Shown piece by piece: positions 1 through 10,039 of a stretch of DNA of 64,000 nt. Every line of letters begins with the position of its first letter. Positions within the stretch are counted from its first letter, which is position 1. Made by a program: the position numbers and the translations under genes. Location of the stretch: the NCBI GenBank assembly GCA_963700285.1, contig CAVOXA010000009.1:192001-256000 (forward strand), read 5' to 3'. The stretch comes from an uncultured Chloroflexia bacterium. GTDB lineage: Bacteria > Chloroflexota > Anaerolineae > JAAYZQ01. The notes beneath the pieces are model-generated. The model made no database searches, was not told where the DNA came from, and was given only the letters and a program-made list of their open reading frames with translations.

Positions 1-456
1 TTTGACTTTCGCCTGCGCGACCTCTACGGGCCTTTTCCCTTCGCGCCGGAGGCGACGGTCCATTTCCGTCCCCGGGGTAGCCTGCGGGCCTTTTTCAAGC
101 AGTATTACCAGTACGCGCGCGGTGATGGCAAGGCCGACCTGTGGCGCAAGCGGCATGCCATCCGCTATGCGATCTACCTCGCGGCCGGCCCCGCACTGGT
201 GCTGCTGGCCCTGTTCCACTTGCCCTGGTGGTGGTTGGTCCTGCTGGGCGGCGCGGTGGCCTATACCGCCACTCCCTACCGCCGGCTGTGGCCGATGCTG
301 GAATCTTTTGGTGTCTGGGGCCGGCTAAAGGCGATGTTCCTGGTACCGGTCATCCGCGTCGTGGGCGACGTGGCCAAGATGATCGGCTACCCGGTGGGAC
401 TGGCCTGGCGCTGGCGGAACCGCAGCCGCCCCGAGGTTCATTGGCGACGGGGGTGA
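1..456 (+). CDS. Glycosyltransferase family 2 protein, C-terminal part (5' truncated by window edge)
   Basis: Frame 1 is open from base 1: FDFRLRDLYGPFPFAPEATVHFRPRGSLRAFFKQYYQYARGDGKADLWRKRHAIRY..., followed by a hydrophobic tail ending at TGA 454-456. Resembles GT2 C-termini. Confidence 0.65.
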   Translation, partial: FDFRLRDLYGPFPFAPEATVHFRPRGSLRAFFKQYYQYARGDGKADLWRKRHAIRYAIYLAAGPALVLLALFHLPWWWLVLLGGAVAYTATPYRRLWPMLESFGVWGRLKAMFLVPVIRVVGDVAKMIGYPVGLAWRWRNRSRPEVHWRRG

Positions 457-539
457 GTGGCCCCGTCTCCGCTAGGCGCATCAGCGAGGAGCGGTGCGCC
501 TGGTTGCTGTAGGAATGACCAGCTAGGCGATCAGGGTAC

Positions 540-2540
540 TCACTCGCCGAACTGATAGATCTGGACCGCGTCGTTGGGGAGTGGCTGGCCCTGACTGTCG
601 AAGGCCGGCAGCCGCTGGCCTCCGGCAGGGTCGTACCAGCCAGCGACGACGACATAGTGCCCCGGTGCCAGGTCCTCGGGAAGTTCCACGCGGCGTATGT
701 CGCGTATCAGGTCTCCTGGCCGCCAGTACCGGGGGGGAAAGAGGCCTGCGACGGGGTAGCCGTCGCCCTGGGCGACCAGTTGTCCTGCCCCATCGTAGAC
801 GTGTAGAAAGACGGTCGGATCCCCTGTTGGGGTCTGGGGGCTGTACCACCACAGGGTCAGCACGAGCTCATCCTGGGCGGTGGCGGTCTGAACGTCCGAC
901 AGCCAGATCTTGTCGTCGAAATGGGCCAGCGGCGTGTAGCCCTGTTCCTGTGAGCCGGTGTCCTCCAGGGCACCAGCCGCGACAAAGCGCAGGTCGCCGG
1001 GCGCGTAGGTTGTCAGGTAGACGCCATCAACCCACCGGATGGCGTCAGCCAGCACATCCCAATCCAATCCCTCGCCGGCGTAGCCGATATAGTCGGGCCA
1101 GTCCTGTTTGGCAGGGTCAAACATCGCCGCCTGGATCTCTGGCTCCTTGCCACTGTTCACATATACAAAGTCCTGGGGACGCACGTATTCGGGGATAAAG
1201 GTTAGTCCTTCGGTGCCGACGCGGTAGGTGGCCTGCTTGGGCGCGATCCAGGCCGGCACATTGAGGTAGAGCAGCGTGTCGTCCTCGTCATAACCATCGA
1301 TGGCCTGGGCTGCTTGCCACAGCGGGGGGGCAACTGTGGTGGCCAGCGCCATCTTGTCGCGAACGTAAACGGTGTTGAAGGCCAGCATGGCCAGCGCTCC
1401 AGCCAGGGCCAGGGCCTTGGCCCACCAGTGGCTGGGCAGGCGGGTCCACAACAGGACCGGCACGCCCGCCCAGAGCAGGGCCGCGCCCACCGCGCCCAGG
1501 TAGAGGAGGCGCGGGCTGGTGATGACGTAGGCGAAATCGAGCGCTATCCACAGCGGCAGCAGGCCGACGACGAACCAGGACAGGGCGTACAGGAAGAGTT
1601 TGATCTGCTTCACCCACCAGTAGAAGGCCATGAGCGCGGTGAACCCCAGCAGGACCACGGCGGTCAGCAGCAGGTACTGGTCTACTGCCGAGGCTCGCGC
1701 CAGCGGAGTGACGATGGGACTGATGGGGAAGAGCAGCGCCTCCAGAAAGTAGATGCCGTTCTGCCACAGCGAGTGAAGGCCTGGCAGGCCCAGGGATGCT
1801 CCGGTCTCAGGTTCGGCCAGGATGACCAAGGGCAGGGCGATACCCCATACCAGGAGCACGTAAAGCAGAGGAAGCCAAGAGAAGTGTCCGAACTCGCGCC
1901 GCAGGTAGGCATAGGCTTCGACGCTCAAGATGGCTAGGGGCACCATCACGCCGCTCTCGTAGGCAAAGGGCGCCAAAAAGCCGGCCAGCAACGACAGGAA
2001 AATCAGCCACCTTGCGTTCCGGCGGCGGCCTTCCCAATAGAGCAGCGCGCTGGCCAATACCAGGGTGGCGATGAGTGGTTTGGACAGGGAGCTGGTGGAG
2101 GGTACGGCCTGGTAGCTGAAGGGAAAGGTCAAGAAGAGCAGTGCCGTGAGCAGGGCATAAGCCTGGCGCCCCCGGCCCCAAAAAGCGCGCCAGCCGACAT
2201 AACCTGCCAGCGCGGCGTTCAGACCGTGCAGCAGCAGGCTGAGGAGATGGAGCCTCTGCGGATTGTGGTCGCCCAGCAGCAGTTGCTCGACCTTCCAGAT
2301 GCTCATGGTCAGCGGGCGGTAGTAGCCCAGCCCTTCGGCCGTTGTCCATACTTCCGGTAGGGAGTGCCACTCCAGCCAGCGCAGGTGGACCATGTCATCG
2401 AAAAAGAGGGGCAGCCCCACAGCTTCGTGGTACAGGAGCAGTGAGCCGCCCAGAGACAGGGCGATGAGCAGCACCACAAAAAGGGCGCTGCGCAGGCCTG
2501 GCCTGGGAACTGGCCGATCAACCTGTCGAGTGCCCGTCAT
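540..2540 (-). CDS. Polytopic membrane protein, putative GT-C fold glycosyltransferase, with extracellular C-terminal domain
   Basis: 666 aa with ~11 TM segments. N-terminal 'FFDD...YYRP' loop typical of GT-C/PMT-like enzymes. C-terminal 'LTLWW...VFLHVYD...QGDGYP...W.PG..IRD...LP..L.PG.Y' domain. Start overlaps the stop of the upstream gene. Confidence 0.65.
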   Translation of the reverse strand: MTGTRQVDRPVPRPGLRSALFVVLLIALSLGGSLLLYHEAVGLPLFFDDMVHLRWLEWHSLPEVWTTAEGLGYYRPLTMSIWKVEQLLLGDHNPQRLHLLSLLLHGLNAALAGYVGWRAFWGRGRQAYALLTALLFLTFPFSYQAVPSTSSLSKPLIATLVLASALLYWEGRRRNARWLIFLSLLAGFLAPFAYESGVMVPLAILSVEAYAYLRREFGHFSWLPLLYVLLVWGIALPLVILAEPETGASLGLPGLHSLWQNGIYFLEALLFPISPIVTPLARASAVDQYLLLTAVVLLGFTALMAFYWWVKQIKLFLYALSWFVVGLLPLWIALDFAYVITSPRLLYLGAVGAALLWAGVPVLLWTRLPSHWWAKALALAGALAMLAFNTVYVRDKMALATTVAPPLWQAAQAIDGYDEDDTLLYLNVPAWIAPKQATYRVGTEGLTFIPEYVRPQDFVYVNSGKEPEIQAAMFDPAKQDWPDYIGYAGEGLDWDVLADAIRWVDGVYLTTYAPGDLRFVAAGALEDTGSQEQGYTPLAHFDDKIWLSDVQTATAQDELVLTLWWYSPQTPTGDPTVFLHVYDGAGQLVAQGDGYPVAGLFPPRYWRPGDLIRDIRRVELPEDLAPGHYVVVAGWYDPAGGQRLPAFDSQGQPLPNDAVQIYQFGE

Positions 2541-4459
2541 CGCTCGCGCACCTCGAACTCTGCGCCTATCGCTATTTCACTTCCAGTGTCTGCCACCTTT
2601 AGGCTCTCCCAGCCGCCTTCTGGCAGCAAACGATAGAGGATCACGCCCCAGCGATAGATACCGGGCGCCAGTTCGCCGGGCAGTTGGATCTCGTAATAGT
2701 CGCCCACCACCTCGCCGGCTGCCCACTGGGAGGTGGGAAAAGTACCCAACACCGGGTGCTGGCTGTCTATTTGGAAAACCTCCTGCCCCGCCTCGTCGAT
2801 CAGGCGCAGCGAGACGGCATAGTCGTATGGGGGATCCTGGAGTGCCCGCCAGAACAAGGTCACCGGTACCACCGTCGCCGGGTAGAAATCAGTATCACCG
2901 TAGACAAAGCCCACAAGCTCGAAGGCGTCGTCCAGGTGGATGCCGAGGGGAATGATGCCCGCAGGCGGTTTGCGGACGGGTTCGGGGTTGAGCGCGATCA
3001 GTGGACCGGTGGAGGATGGGCTCCAGCGATCAGCCAAACTGGGTTGGTTGCGGCTGATGTACAAGGGCCGGCCGCTGGCCGCCGCCTCGTCCAGACGCTC
3101 GACGGGATAGACAATGTCCACGTCAGGGCGCAGGCCCTCGACCTGCTGGTAGTACCACAGCGGGGTTGCCTGCTCCCAATCGGCGACGATGACGGCATCC
3201 TGGTCGACGAGTGCTATGGCACTGCCGATTCGCTCCCCCATCCGTCCCACCTTGAGGGCCTGCCGCCATACGTCGAGCGTACCCTGGCCGTAATGGATGT
3301 CGCGAAATGACTGGTACCGTTGGCGGACTGGGACCAGTGGCAGGAGGATCATGGTCAAGGCCAGCCCGACGGTCAGTACGGTGCCGAGTTTTCCCCATTT
3401 GATGCGCAGCCGCTCAAAGCCGATCCATACTGCGCCCAACGCTTCTCCGATCCACAGCGCATAGATCATGAAAGATGGGATAAAAAAGGTCCATTGGCGG
3501 GGCAGGTGGTGGTTGGCGGCCAAGAAAGCCTGCAGGGAAAAAACTACCAGCAAAAAGATTGCGTCGGCCGGCCGGCGGCAGAACTGCCAGGCCAATCCTC
3601 CCAGCCCCAGCAGAACGCCGATCCAGGTGAAATCGCGCTGCAGGGTGCGGGTATAGAAGAGAAGCCGCTCGCCCAGGTCGGCCGGGTCGACGTAGAGATA
3701 GCCGATCTGGCCGGTATCCATGAGATAGTGGTACCAGTCCTCCAGCGTCCGTGGGTGCCAGGTCCCAGGGGGCAGGTTGCGTGACTCCGCCCAAGGGAGA
3801 TAGAGGTAGAAGAGCAGGGGGGCGGTGAAAAGCGCGGCCAGTCTCAGCAGGCGGCGCCAGTCGCGCCATAGCGTGCTCCCTTCGATCCACCAGATATAGC
3901 CCAGCAGTGCCGGCGCAAAGAGCACCATGGTGCGGTGGTGCGTCAGGCTCAGGCCGTAAACCAAAGCGAGCAGGTTCAGTGTTGCTGGCGAGCGCGTCGT
4001 TCCCCAGCGTAGGGTCAGGTGGAGTACCAGGGCTACCAGAAGCGCGTTGAAGGCATACTTGTCGGCCATCGTGGCCTGTTCCCAGAATACAGGGCCAAAG
4101 GCAAAGAACAAGGCCGCCGACAGTGCTGGTATCACGCGCCTTGTGTTCCAATAGGCAATCTGGTATACTAGGAACACGGCTAGGCTGGCAGCGAGGGCTG
4201 ATAGCAGGTTCATCCGCCAGGCCACGCTGGGTCCGAGGGGCAGCAGGCTCCACAATTTGCCCAGGAGAATGTAAAAGGGCGTGCCCGTGGGGTGGGCCAG
4301 GCCGAGAATGTGCGACACGAACTGCAACTCACCGATGTCGCCGCCCAGGACGCCAGGGTTCAGGGTCAAGATGTAGACGGTCAGCACTCCGGCCAGGAGC
4401 AGAATCCCGACCAAGGTACGCCCGTGTGCCCTGATAGATAAACTGATTTCACGTGCCAT
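2537..4459 (-). CDS. DUF2723 (TMEM260-like) membrane protein, putative protein O-glycosyltransferase
   Basis: 'GDIGELQ...LGLAHPTGTPFYILLG', 'W.QAT.A..Y' and 'LSLTHH' are DUF2723 hallmarks. Same C-terminal domain as the downstream gene. ATG at 4459 chosen over the ORF-track start. Confidence 0.8.
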   Translation of the reverse strand: MAREISLSIRAHGRTLVGILLLAGVLTVYILTLNPGVLGGDIGELQFVSHILGLAHPTGTPFYILLGKLWSLLPLGPSVAWRMNLLSALAASLAVFLVYQIAYWNTRRVIPALSAALFFAFGPVFWEQATMADKYAFNALLVALVLHLTLRWGTTRSPATLNLLALVYGLSLTHHRTMVLFAPALLGYIWWIEGSTLWRDWRRLLRLAALFTAPLLFYLYLPWAESRNLPPGTWHPRTLEDWYHYLMDTGQIGYLYVDPADLGERLLFYTRTLQRDFTWIGVLLGLGGLAWQFCRRPADAIFLLVVFSLQAFLAANHHLPRQWTFFIPSFMIYALWIGEALGAVWIGFERLRIKWGKLGTVLTVGLALTMILLPLVPVRQRYQSFRDIHYGQGTLDVWRQALKVGRMGERIGSAIALVDQDAVIVADWEQATPLWYYQQVEGLRPDVDIVYPVERLDEAAASGRPLYISRNQPSLADRWSPSSTGPLIALNPEPVRKPPAGIIPLGIHLDDAFELVGFVYGDTDFYPATVVPVTLFWRALQDPPYDYAVSLRLIDEAGQEVFQIDSQHPVLGTFPTSQWAAGEVVGDYYEIQLPGELAPGIYRWGVILYRLLPEGGWESLKVADTGSEIAIGAEFEVRER

Positions 4460-4562
4460 GGATTCCCTATGAACGCCCCGTGGAGATGCGATCGGGAAAA
4501 GTGTACCACAGATAGCTGGCAGGGGCAAAAGATCATGGGAAGGCGATGCCTGCCATCTCAAA

Positions 4563-4604
4563 CGATACCTTGTATCGCACGTGATACCTTGTATCGTACG
4601 TGAT
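4563..4604. repeat. Tandem 19-bp duplication of a palindromic unit (GATAC-CTT-GTATC) between divergent genes
   Basis: gataccttgtatcgcacgt at 4564-4582 and gataccttgtatcgtacgt at 4583-4601. Confidence 0.85.
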
Positions 4605-4619
4605 CCAGTCCGGTTTTCT

Positions 4620-4646
4620 GGAACAATGCAGACGGGGATAGCGTCC
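4620..4646 (+). promoter_or_regulatory. Candidate ECF-sigma promoter (GGAAC-N17-CGTC)
   Basis: ggaac 4620-4624, 17-nt spacer, cgtcc 4642-4646, upstream of the DUF4349 lipoprotein gene. Confidence 0.35.
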
Positions 4647-4736
4647 TAGTACCAGATTGCCATCCACCCGCTGGTCCGCAGGTCTGCTATCCCGGCGGGT
4701 GAATCGCCATCACAGACAAAAAAGGAGCAGGGAGAA

Positions 4737-5699
4737 ATGAAAAAGAGAGCAAAGGTTGGCCGCAGCCGGATTGTCACGGGTCTCGTCGTGGGAGTAATGC
4801 TTCTCCTCTTCCTCCTGGGATGTGGAGGTGCTTCTTCCGCACCCGAGCCGGCACTGGACCAGATGGTTGTCAGGGAGGTGGTGGTAGAGTCGGAAGAGTC
4901 CGCCTACAATGCGCCGGTTATGCCGCAGGGTACCGCGGCACCGGATCTGTTTGAGAAGTCCTCAGGGGATTCTGCACCCGTGACCGAGCGCCTGATCATC
5001 CGCACAGGCCGGGTGACCATGGTCGTGGAGGATACGCGCGCGGCCCGGGCAGCCATTGAGGGCCTGGTGGCCGAGATGGCCGCCCAAGGGGCTTTCATCG
5101 TCTCTGGCGACGAGTATGGTGGTACCGGAGGGGCTCAGCCCCACATCACAATGAGTATTCGCGTCCCGGCGACCAGCTTTGGCCAGACGATGGACTGGCT
5201 GGCCGATATGGCCGTGGAGGTCACCAACAGGAACGAGTCAGCCCAGGATGTCACCGAGGAATATGTCGATCTGGAGGCGCGCCTGGAGAGCCTGGAAGCA
5301 GCCAGGCAGCGATTGCTACAGATCATGGAAGAGTCCCGATCGACCAAGGATCTGCTGGAAGCGGAGCAGCAACTGACCCAGCGCGAAGCCGAGATCGAGT
5401 CGATCAAGGGGCGGATGAAGTACCTGTCCCAATCGGCCCAACTGAGCAGCATCTGGATAGAGCTGGAGCCCAACATCCTGAGGCAGCCGGTCGATGACGG
5501 CTGGCGGCCTGCCGAGACCGTCCGCAGGGCAGTGCAAGCGCTTCTGGCCGGTCTGCAGGGCTTTGGCGAGTTCCTGATCTTCTTTGTCATCGCCATCCTG
5601 CCCTGGCTGGTCCTGGTGGCGTTGGTGATCGGGGTAGTCGTGTGGTTTGTCAGGAAGAGGGCCCGGTCAAGCGGGCGCAAGGACGCTGACGAAGGCTAG
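4737..5699 (+). CDS. DUF4349 domain lipoprotein
   Basis: Lipobox LLGC; 'RLIIRTG', 'IRVPA', 'QDVTEEYVDLEARL...IESIKGRMKYL'; C-terminal TM helix; AGGAG/GGAG RBS. Confidence 0.9.
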   Translation: MKKRAKVGRSRIVTGLVVGVMLLLFLLGCGGASSAPEPALDQMVVREVVVESEESAYNAPVMPQGTAAPDLFEKSSGDSAPVTERLIIRTGRVTMVVEDTRAARAAIEGLVAEMAAQGAFIVSGDEYGGTGGAQPHITMSIRVPATSFGQTMDWLADMAVEVTNRNESAQDVTEEYVDLEARLESLEAARQRLLQIMEESRSTKDLLEAEQQLTQREAEIESIKGRMKYLSQSAQLSSIWIELEPNILRQPVDDGWRPAETVRRAVQALLAGLQGFGEFLIFFVIAILPWLVLVALVIGVVVWFVRKRARSSGRKDADEG

Positions 5700-5732
5700 T
5701 CGCCTGATCGGGACTGCTCCAAGACTCGTGCT

Positions 5733-5761
5733 AAAACGGGCGCCCCTTGGGCGCCCGTTTT
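5733..5761. terminator. Bidirectional intrinsic terminator
   Basis: AAAACGGGCGCCC-CTT-GGGCGCCCGTTTT between convergent genes. Confidence 0.85.
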
Positions 5762-5799
5762 GACATGTGCATCTGGCGGTTTCCGGAAAAGGGCGGAGT

Positions 5800-7227
5800 C
5801 TAGCGAGCAAGTTCCTCCTCGGGCTCCATGTGAACGAGAACCTGGGCGATGCCGGGTACCTGGGCGTGAAGGCGTTTCTCCGCCTGGTCGGAAAGGCGGT
5901 GGGCTTCCTGGACCGGGAGGTCAGGCCTGGCCAGACAGTGCACCACGACGTCGTATCCGTCGGGGCTGGGCCGCAGGTAGAGGTTGTGCCAGCCGCGTAA
6001 GCCTGGAAGCTCTTCCAATATCGCCAAGATCTCGGCCCGCAGCCGCTTATCCTCTTCGGGCTCCAGGGCAGCCGGCCCTACCGGGACGGCTATGGGCTCA
6101 ATGTGGCTGTGAATGTCATCGACGTGGGGTAGCTCTTCCCGGATTACCCCTTCCAGGCGAGCGACCTGCTCGTGCGCGTCAACCAACGTCAGATCCGGCG
6201 GCACCTCGACATGCAGATCCACAAAGGTCCGGCCCTGTCCCTCGTGGGCATGGACGTTGTGCACGCGCAGACCCTGTTGGGCGGCAATGGCACGCACGGC
6301 CTGGGGCAGGCTCTCGCCGGCCTGCCGCACCGGGTCTACGTGGACCACCACGTCGCCCTCATCTATCAAGGCGCCGATACGCTTTTCCACTGCCGTGGCG
6401 ACCTGGTGGGCTTCTTCCAGGGAAGCGCTGCGCTCGACCTTGATCGTCAGGTCTACAAAGGTGGCAGATCCTGCCGGGCGGACGCGGACTGTGCTGACGT
6501 CGCGCACCCCTGGCATTGCTTTTGCCTCGGAGGCGATCTGGTCGGAGAGGCCCCTAGGCGCGGCATCGAGCAGCTCGCTGACAGCGCGCCAGCCCAGGCC
6601 AAGGCTAACCCGCAGGACGAAAAGGGCGACGACTATCGCTGCCAAGGCATCGGCTTTCATCAGCCATGTCCATTCGGGTCCAAGACGAGTTCCAAGCCAG
6701 GCGAGCCCGAGCCCCAACAGCACGACCGAAGAACTGAGTACGTCAGCACGAAAGTTGAGGGCGTTTCCCTCCAGCGACTGGCTGCGATAGCGCCGGGCTA
6801 CCCCCATCAGGTAGGTCGAGAGCCAGAGGCTGGCAACGATGGAGAGTACCATCACGGCGATGCCCCACAGTCCGGACTGGATGGCCACTGGAGGGGCAAG
6901 GAGCCGCTGGATCGCTTCGTAGATGATCCAGGCGCTGGTGAGTAGCAGCAGCAGTGACTCGACAAGTCCGGCCAGATTCTCAACTTTTCCATGGCCGTAG
7001 GGGTGCCTGGCATCGGGCGGCTGGGAGGCAGCGCGCACGGCAAACAAGGCCACGATCGCAGCCACCAGGTCCAGAACCGAATCAGCGACCTGGGCCAGGA
7101 TGCCCAAGCTTCCGGTGGCGAGGCCCACAGCTACTTTCAGAATGATGAGCCCCAGGACCACCGCTACGGAGATCAGCGAAGCGCGTCGTTTTGTGCTCTC
7201 AGCTTGCGAGTCAGCGTTCGTCATCAT
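5800..7227 (-). CDS. Cation diffusion facilitator (CDF) transporter with triplicated C-terminal dimerisation domain
   Basis: 'DSVLD', 'PPDARHPYGHGKVE' and 'D...S' CDF motifs. Three 'H.....E...HxEP/HVDP' C-terminal repeats. ATG at 7227 overlaps the upstream TGA (ATGA). Confidence 0.9.
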   Translation of the reverse strand: MMTNADSQAESTKRRASLISVAVVLGLIILKVAVGLATGSLGILAQVADSVLDLVAAIVALFAVRAASQPPDARHPYGHGKVENLAGLVESLLLLLTSAWIIYEAIQRLLAPPVAIQSGLWGIAVMVLSIVASLWLSTYLMGVARRYRSQSLEGNALNFRADVLSSSVVLLGLGLAWLGTRLGPEWTWLMKADALAAIVVALFVLRVSLGLGWRAVSELLDAAPRGLSDQIASEAKAMPGVRDVSTVRVRPAGSATFVDLTIKVERSASLEEAHQVATAVEKRIGALIDEGDVVVHVDPVRQAGESLPQAVRAIAAQQGLRVHNVHAHEGQGRTFVDLHVEVPPDLTLVDAHEQVARLEGVIREELPHVDDIHSHIEPIAVPVGPAALEPEEDKRLRAEILAILEELPGLRGWHNLYLRPSPDGYDVVVHCLARPDLPVQEAHRLSDQAEKRLHAQVPGIAQVLVHMEPEEELAR

Positions 7228-9728
7228 TGCCCACATTGATGGGTTGGCAGATAGCCCGGACTGGGATAGGGCCAATCCCGAAAGTCGCTGCTGCAGTCAT
7301 CGGTGTCCAGCCAGGCGGGGACGCGCTCCAGCGAGTGGCCGTAGGCCACGCCTGGATGGGGCACCACCCCTGGAAAGGAGCCCAGGCCATAGACCAGGAC
7401 GTCCACAGCCCGGTCCTTCCCGTCCAGGATCAATACTTCGTCGCCGCCGTTGTTCAGGCCCCAGTCCCCCTCGCCCCTGGTGGGATAGTTTAGCATGTCA
7501 GGTACCTGCGGGTCTGTATCCAGGATCTCATAGTCTGGCTTGCGACCCACAAAATCCTTCTGAAACCCGGCGGTGGTCACGGCCACGACCAGCACCTGGT
7601 CGGGCTGGATGGAAGCGCCGGATGGAAATTGGTACGTGCCCTCATAGTCATCGCTATGGACGGCGTCCCCGACTTTGTAAGCCGAGAGGTCAATTGACCG
7701 GTTGGTGGGGTTATAGATCTCGACCCATTCTTGCACGGGAGCCGCGCCATAGTATACCTCGCTGACGAGCAGATGGCCGGCTGGACGGGGTACCTCGTGC
7801 TGGCTGGCCAAAAGGGGTAGATAAGCAGGGGGTGTGGCGATGCGCCAATCGTATTCAAACACACCCTGCAAATACTCGTAGGCGCCGGTCGGATTGCACC
7901 TGGAGGGCGATCTCACGATTGATCTTGAAGGACGCCTCATTTCCGTTGATGCTGCCAACGTGCACGTAGCCTCGCCCGCCGATGTGGGCCAGGACCATCT
8001 TGTTGTGCAGCCCCAGGAAGGTAGGGTTGGCCAGCCGGGCTGCCAGATCCAGGTTCTCGGTCCGAGCTGTAGCTTGCAGGTAGCCCACCGTCGCAGCGTT
8101 GTCGTCACCCTCATCCAGGTGCGCATCCAGGAGGATGCGAACAACCGCCCCCCGACGGGCAGCGTCCAGGTAAGCGACCAGGCGAGGGTTGGGATCGCTC
8201 TCGGGCGTGCTCTGACTGGACCCCCAATTGAGCCTTTCGGTGAGCTGTTCCACCAGGATCGTATCCCCTGGCCCAGCCCGGCCCAGTAGCCCCAACAAGC
8301 CGTCCCGGGTCCGTAGGCTGTTTTCTGGAGATTGGATCACCTCAAAGGCAAAGGTCCCCTGCCACGTCTGCGGGGTGGGAAACTGAACCGTGTAGGTCAT
8401 CCAGTCGGGCGTCGGATCCGGCTCGAAGCCGGCCGGCGGCGTACAGAGGCCGGGAGCCTGTGTCGCAGCCCGCGATGTCCAGGTGCCGGGCCGGGTCGGC
8501 GTCGGCATCAAAGATGGCCCGGGCGCGGGCTGCCACACCGGGAGCATCGGTGATCAGATAGACTCCCCGCCGCCCCGCCGTACCGTTCCCCTTGCCGTCG
8601 GCCGGCATGCTGGGATAGCTGAGGTTCTCAGACCCGATGAGGACCGTACGTGCCGTCCACGATCATCAGTTTTGCATGCTGATTTTTGTAGCGATCGTGG
8701 ATCCGATTGACACTGTCATTGACCATGAACAGGACCTGGGCGCCACTGTCGTGCAACTGCCGGACAATCCACTTTTCCTGATCCGTCACTCCCCCAAAGG
8801 CAGGCGCCCCCTCCAACAGCAGCGTGATGCGCACGCCCCTGTCAAGGCGATCCAGCAGCACACTGGCCAACTCCTTGCTGCGAAGAGAGTAGCTCGCAAT
8901 CTGGATGCTCTCCTGGGCGCCTGACAAAAAGCTGGCGATGGTGTCAAAGAGGTGGTCGGGGGCGATGGCTACAGTCAGCGTAGCTGTCTCGGTCAAACGC
9001 CCGGTAAAGAAAAAGGAGTCGAGATCCCAACCAGGATAGCGGACCCGGCGGCCGTCCACGTGGTCGTCGGGGTCCTGGGCCCAGTCGGCAAGGCTGCCGG
9101 TGTCAGGTATGGGCAGGCCAGTGGCTTGATCGCGCTTACGGTAGAGGATCTGTCCCTCCGCGGCAAAGGTACTGCTGGGTGTCCAGGGTTCGAGGGCCGG
9201 GCCGCTCCAGCCACCGGTGGATGCATCCCCTCCCCGATAAACCAGGGCATCCACGGTTTCGCCCTTGTCGTCCAGCAGCAGGCACTCATCGCCGGTGTTG
9301 GCAAAGCGAGGCCATGAGCCGCTCATCTGCGGAACGGTGGGGTCGGTGGAGCCGAGTTCAAGGTCGGCGTTGGTGCCAAAGTGACGGCGAAAGGCGGCTG
9401 CTTCCCTGGTACACCAGATGGCCTGGCCGGGTGCCAGGTTGGTGCCATCCGGGATCTCAACCGAGGACTCCAGGTCGGTCACGCTCCAGCCGCCGATGTC
9501 GACAGGTTTGTCGGAGACGTTCATCAGCCGGACGGCCTCGTCCGGTTCCTGTGACTCGTAACCGTCATAGTGCAGCGCCTCGATGAGGACGCCACGGGAC
9601 TCCGCTGCGTCGCGCAGTTTCGCTCCAGCCGGGAGGGCTGCAGCCTCGATCCCAACACTGCCCAGCAGCGCGGAGGCGACGACAAGGCCGATGATAACAA
9701 AGCTCAGAGGGATCCAATCGGTTTTCAT
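7224..9728 (-). CDS. Secreted lamin-tail-domain / phospholipase D (two HKD motifs) protein, split by frameshifts
   Basis: Signal peptide from ATG 9728; LTD ('EAVRLMN..DKPVDIGGW'); HKD1 'HAKLMIVDG...GSENL'; HKD2 'HNKMVL...GSINGN'; C-terminal LTD ('EWVEIYNPT..IDLS'). Reading frame changes near 8645, 8550 and 7890. Confidence 0.8.
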
Positions 9729-10039
9729 ACCCTCTCGCATCGAGTGGTCTGTGACCAGCATATCATATCCGCTTGGGACTGTCAACTGCGGTCCGGACAT
9801 ACCGTCTGGGATTCCAGGGACCGTGGATGTGGTTCTTGCCGGTCTCACGCCTTCGGGGTTGCGAGCCCAAGGCCCAACGGAAGCCCTGGCGATCTGCTCA
9901 AGGTGGAGGAGGCGCGTTGATCCCACTGCATACTTGTATGCCTTGTGGACGGTGGCGGACCGGCATTTGCCAGTGCCGTCTACCCGTGTTACACTGGCTG
10001 CCATTCTACTCTCAAGGGGCACAATCAGGCGTGGACAGA

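Noticed and set aside
7224-9728. Programmed frameshifting or phase variation in PLD, the kinases and the ABC binding protein
   Set aside because: Breaks are scattered single-base indels in short runs across unrelated genes; sequencing error is more parsimonious.
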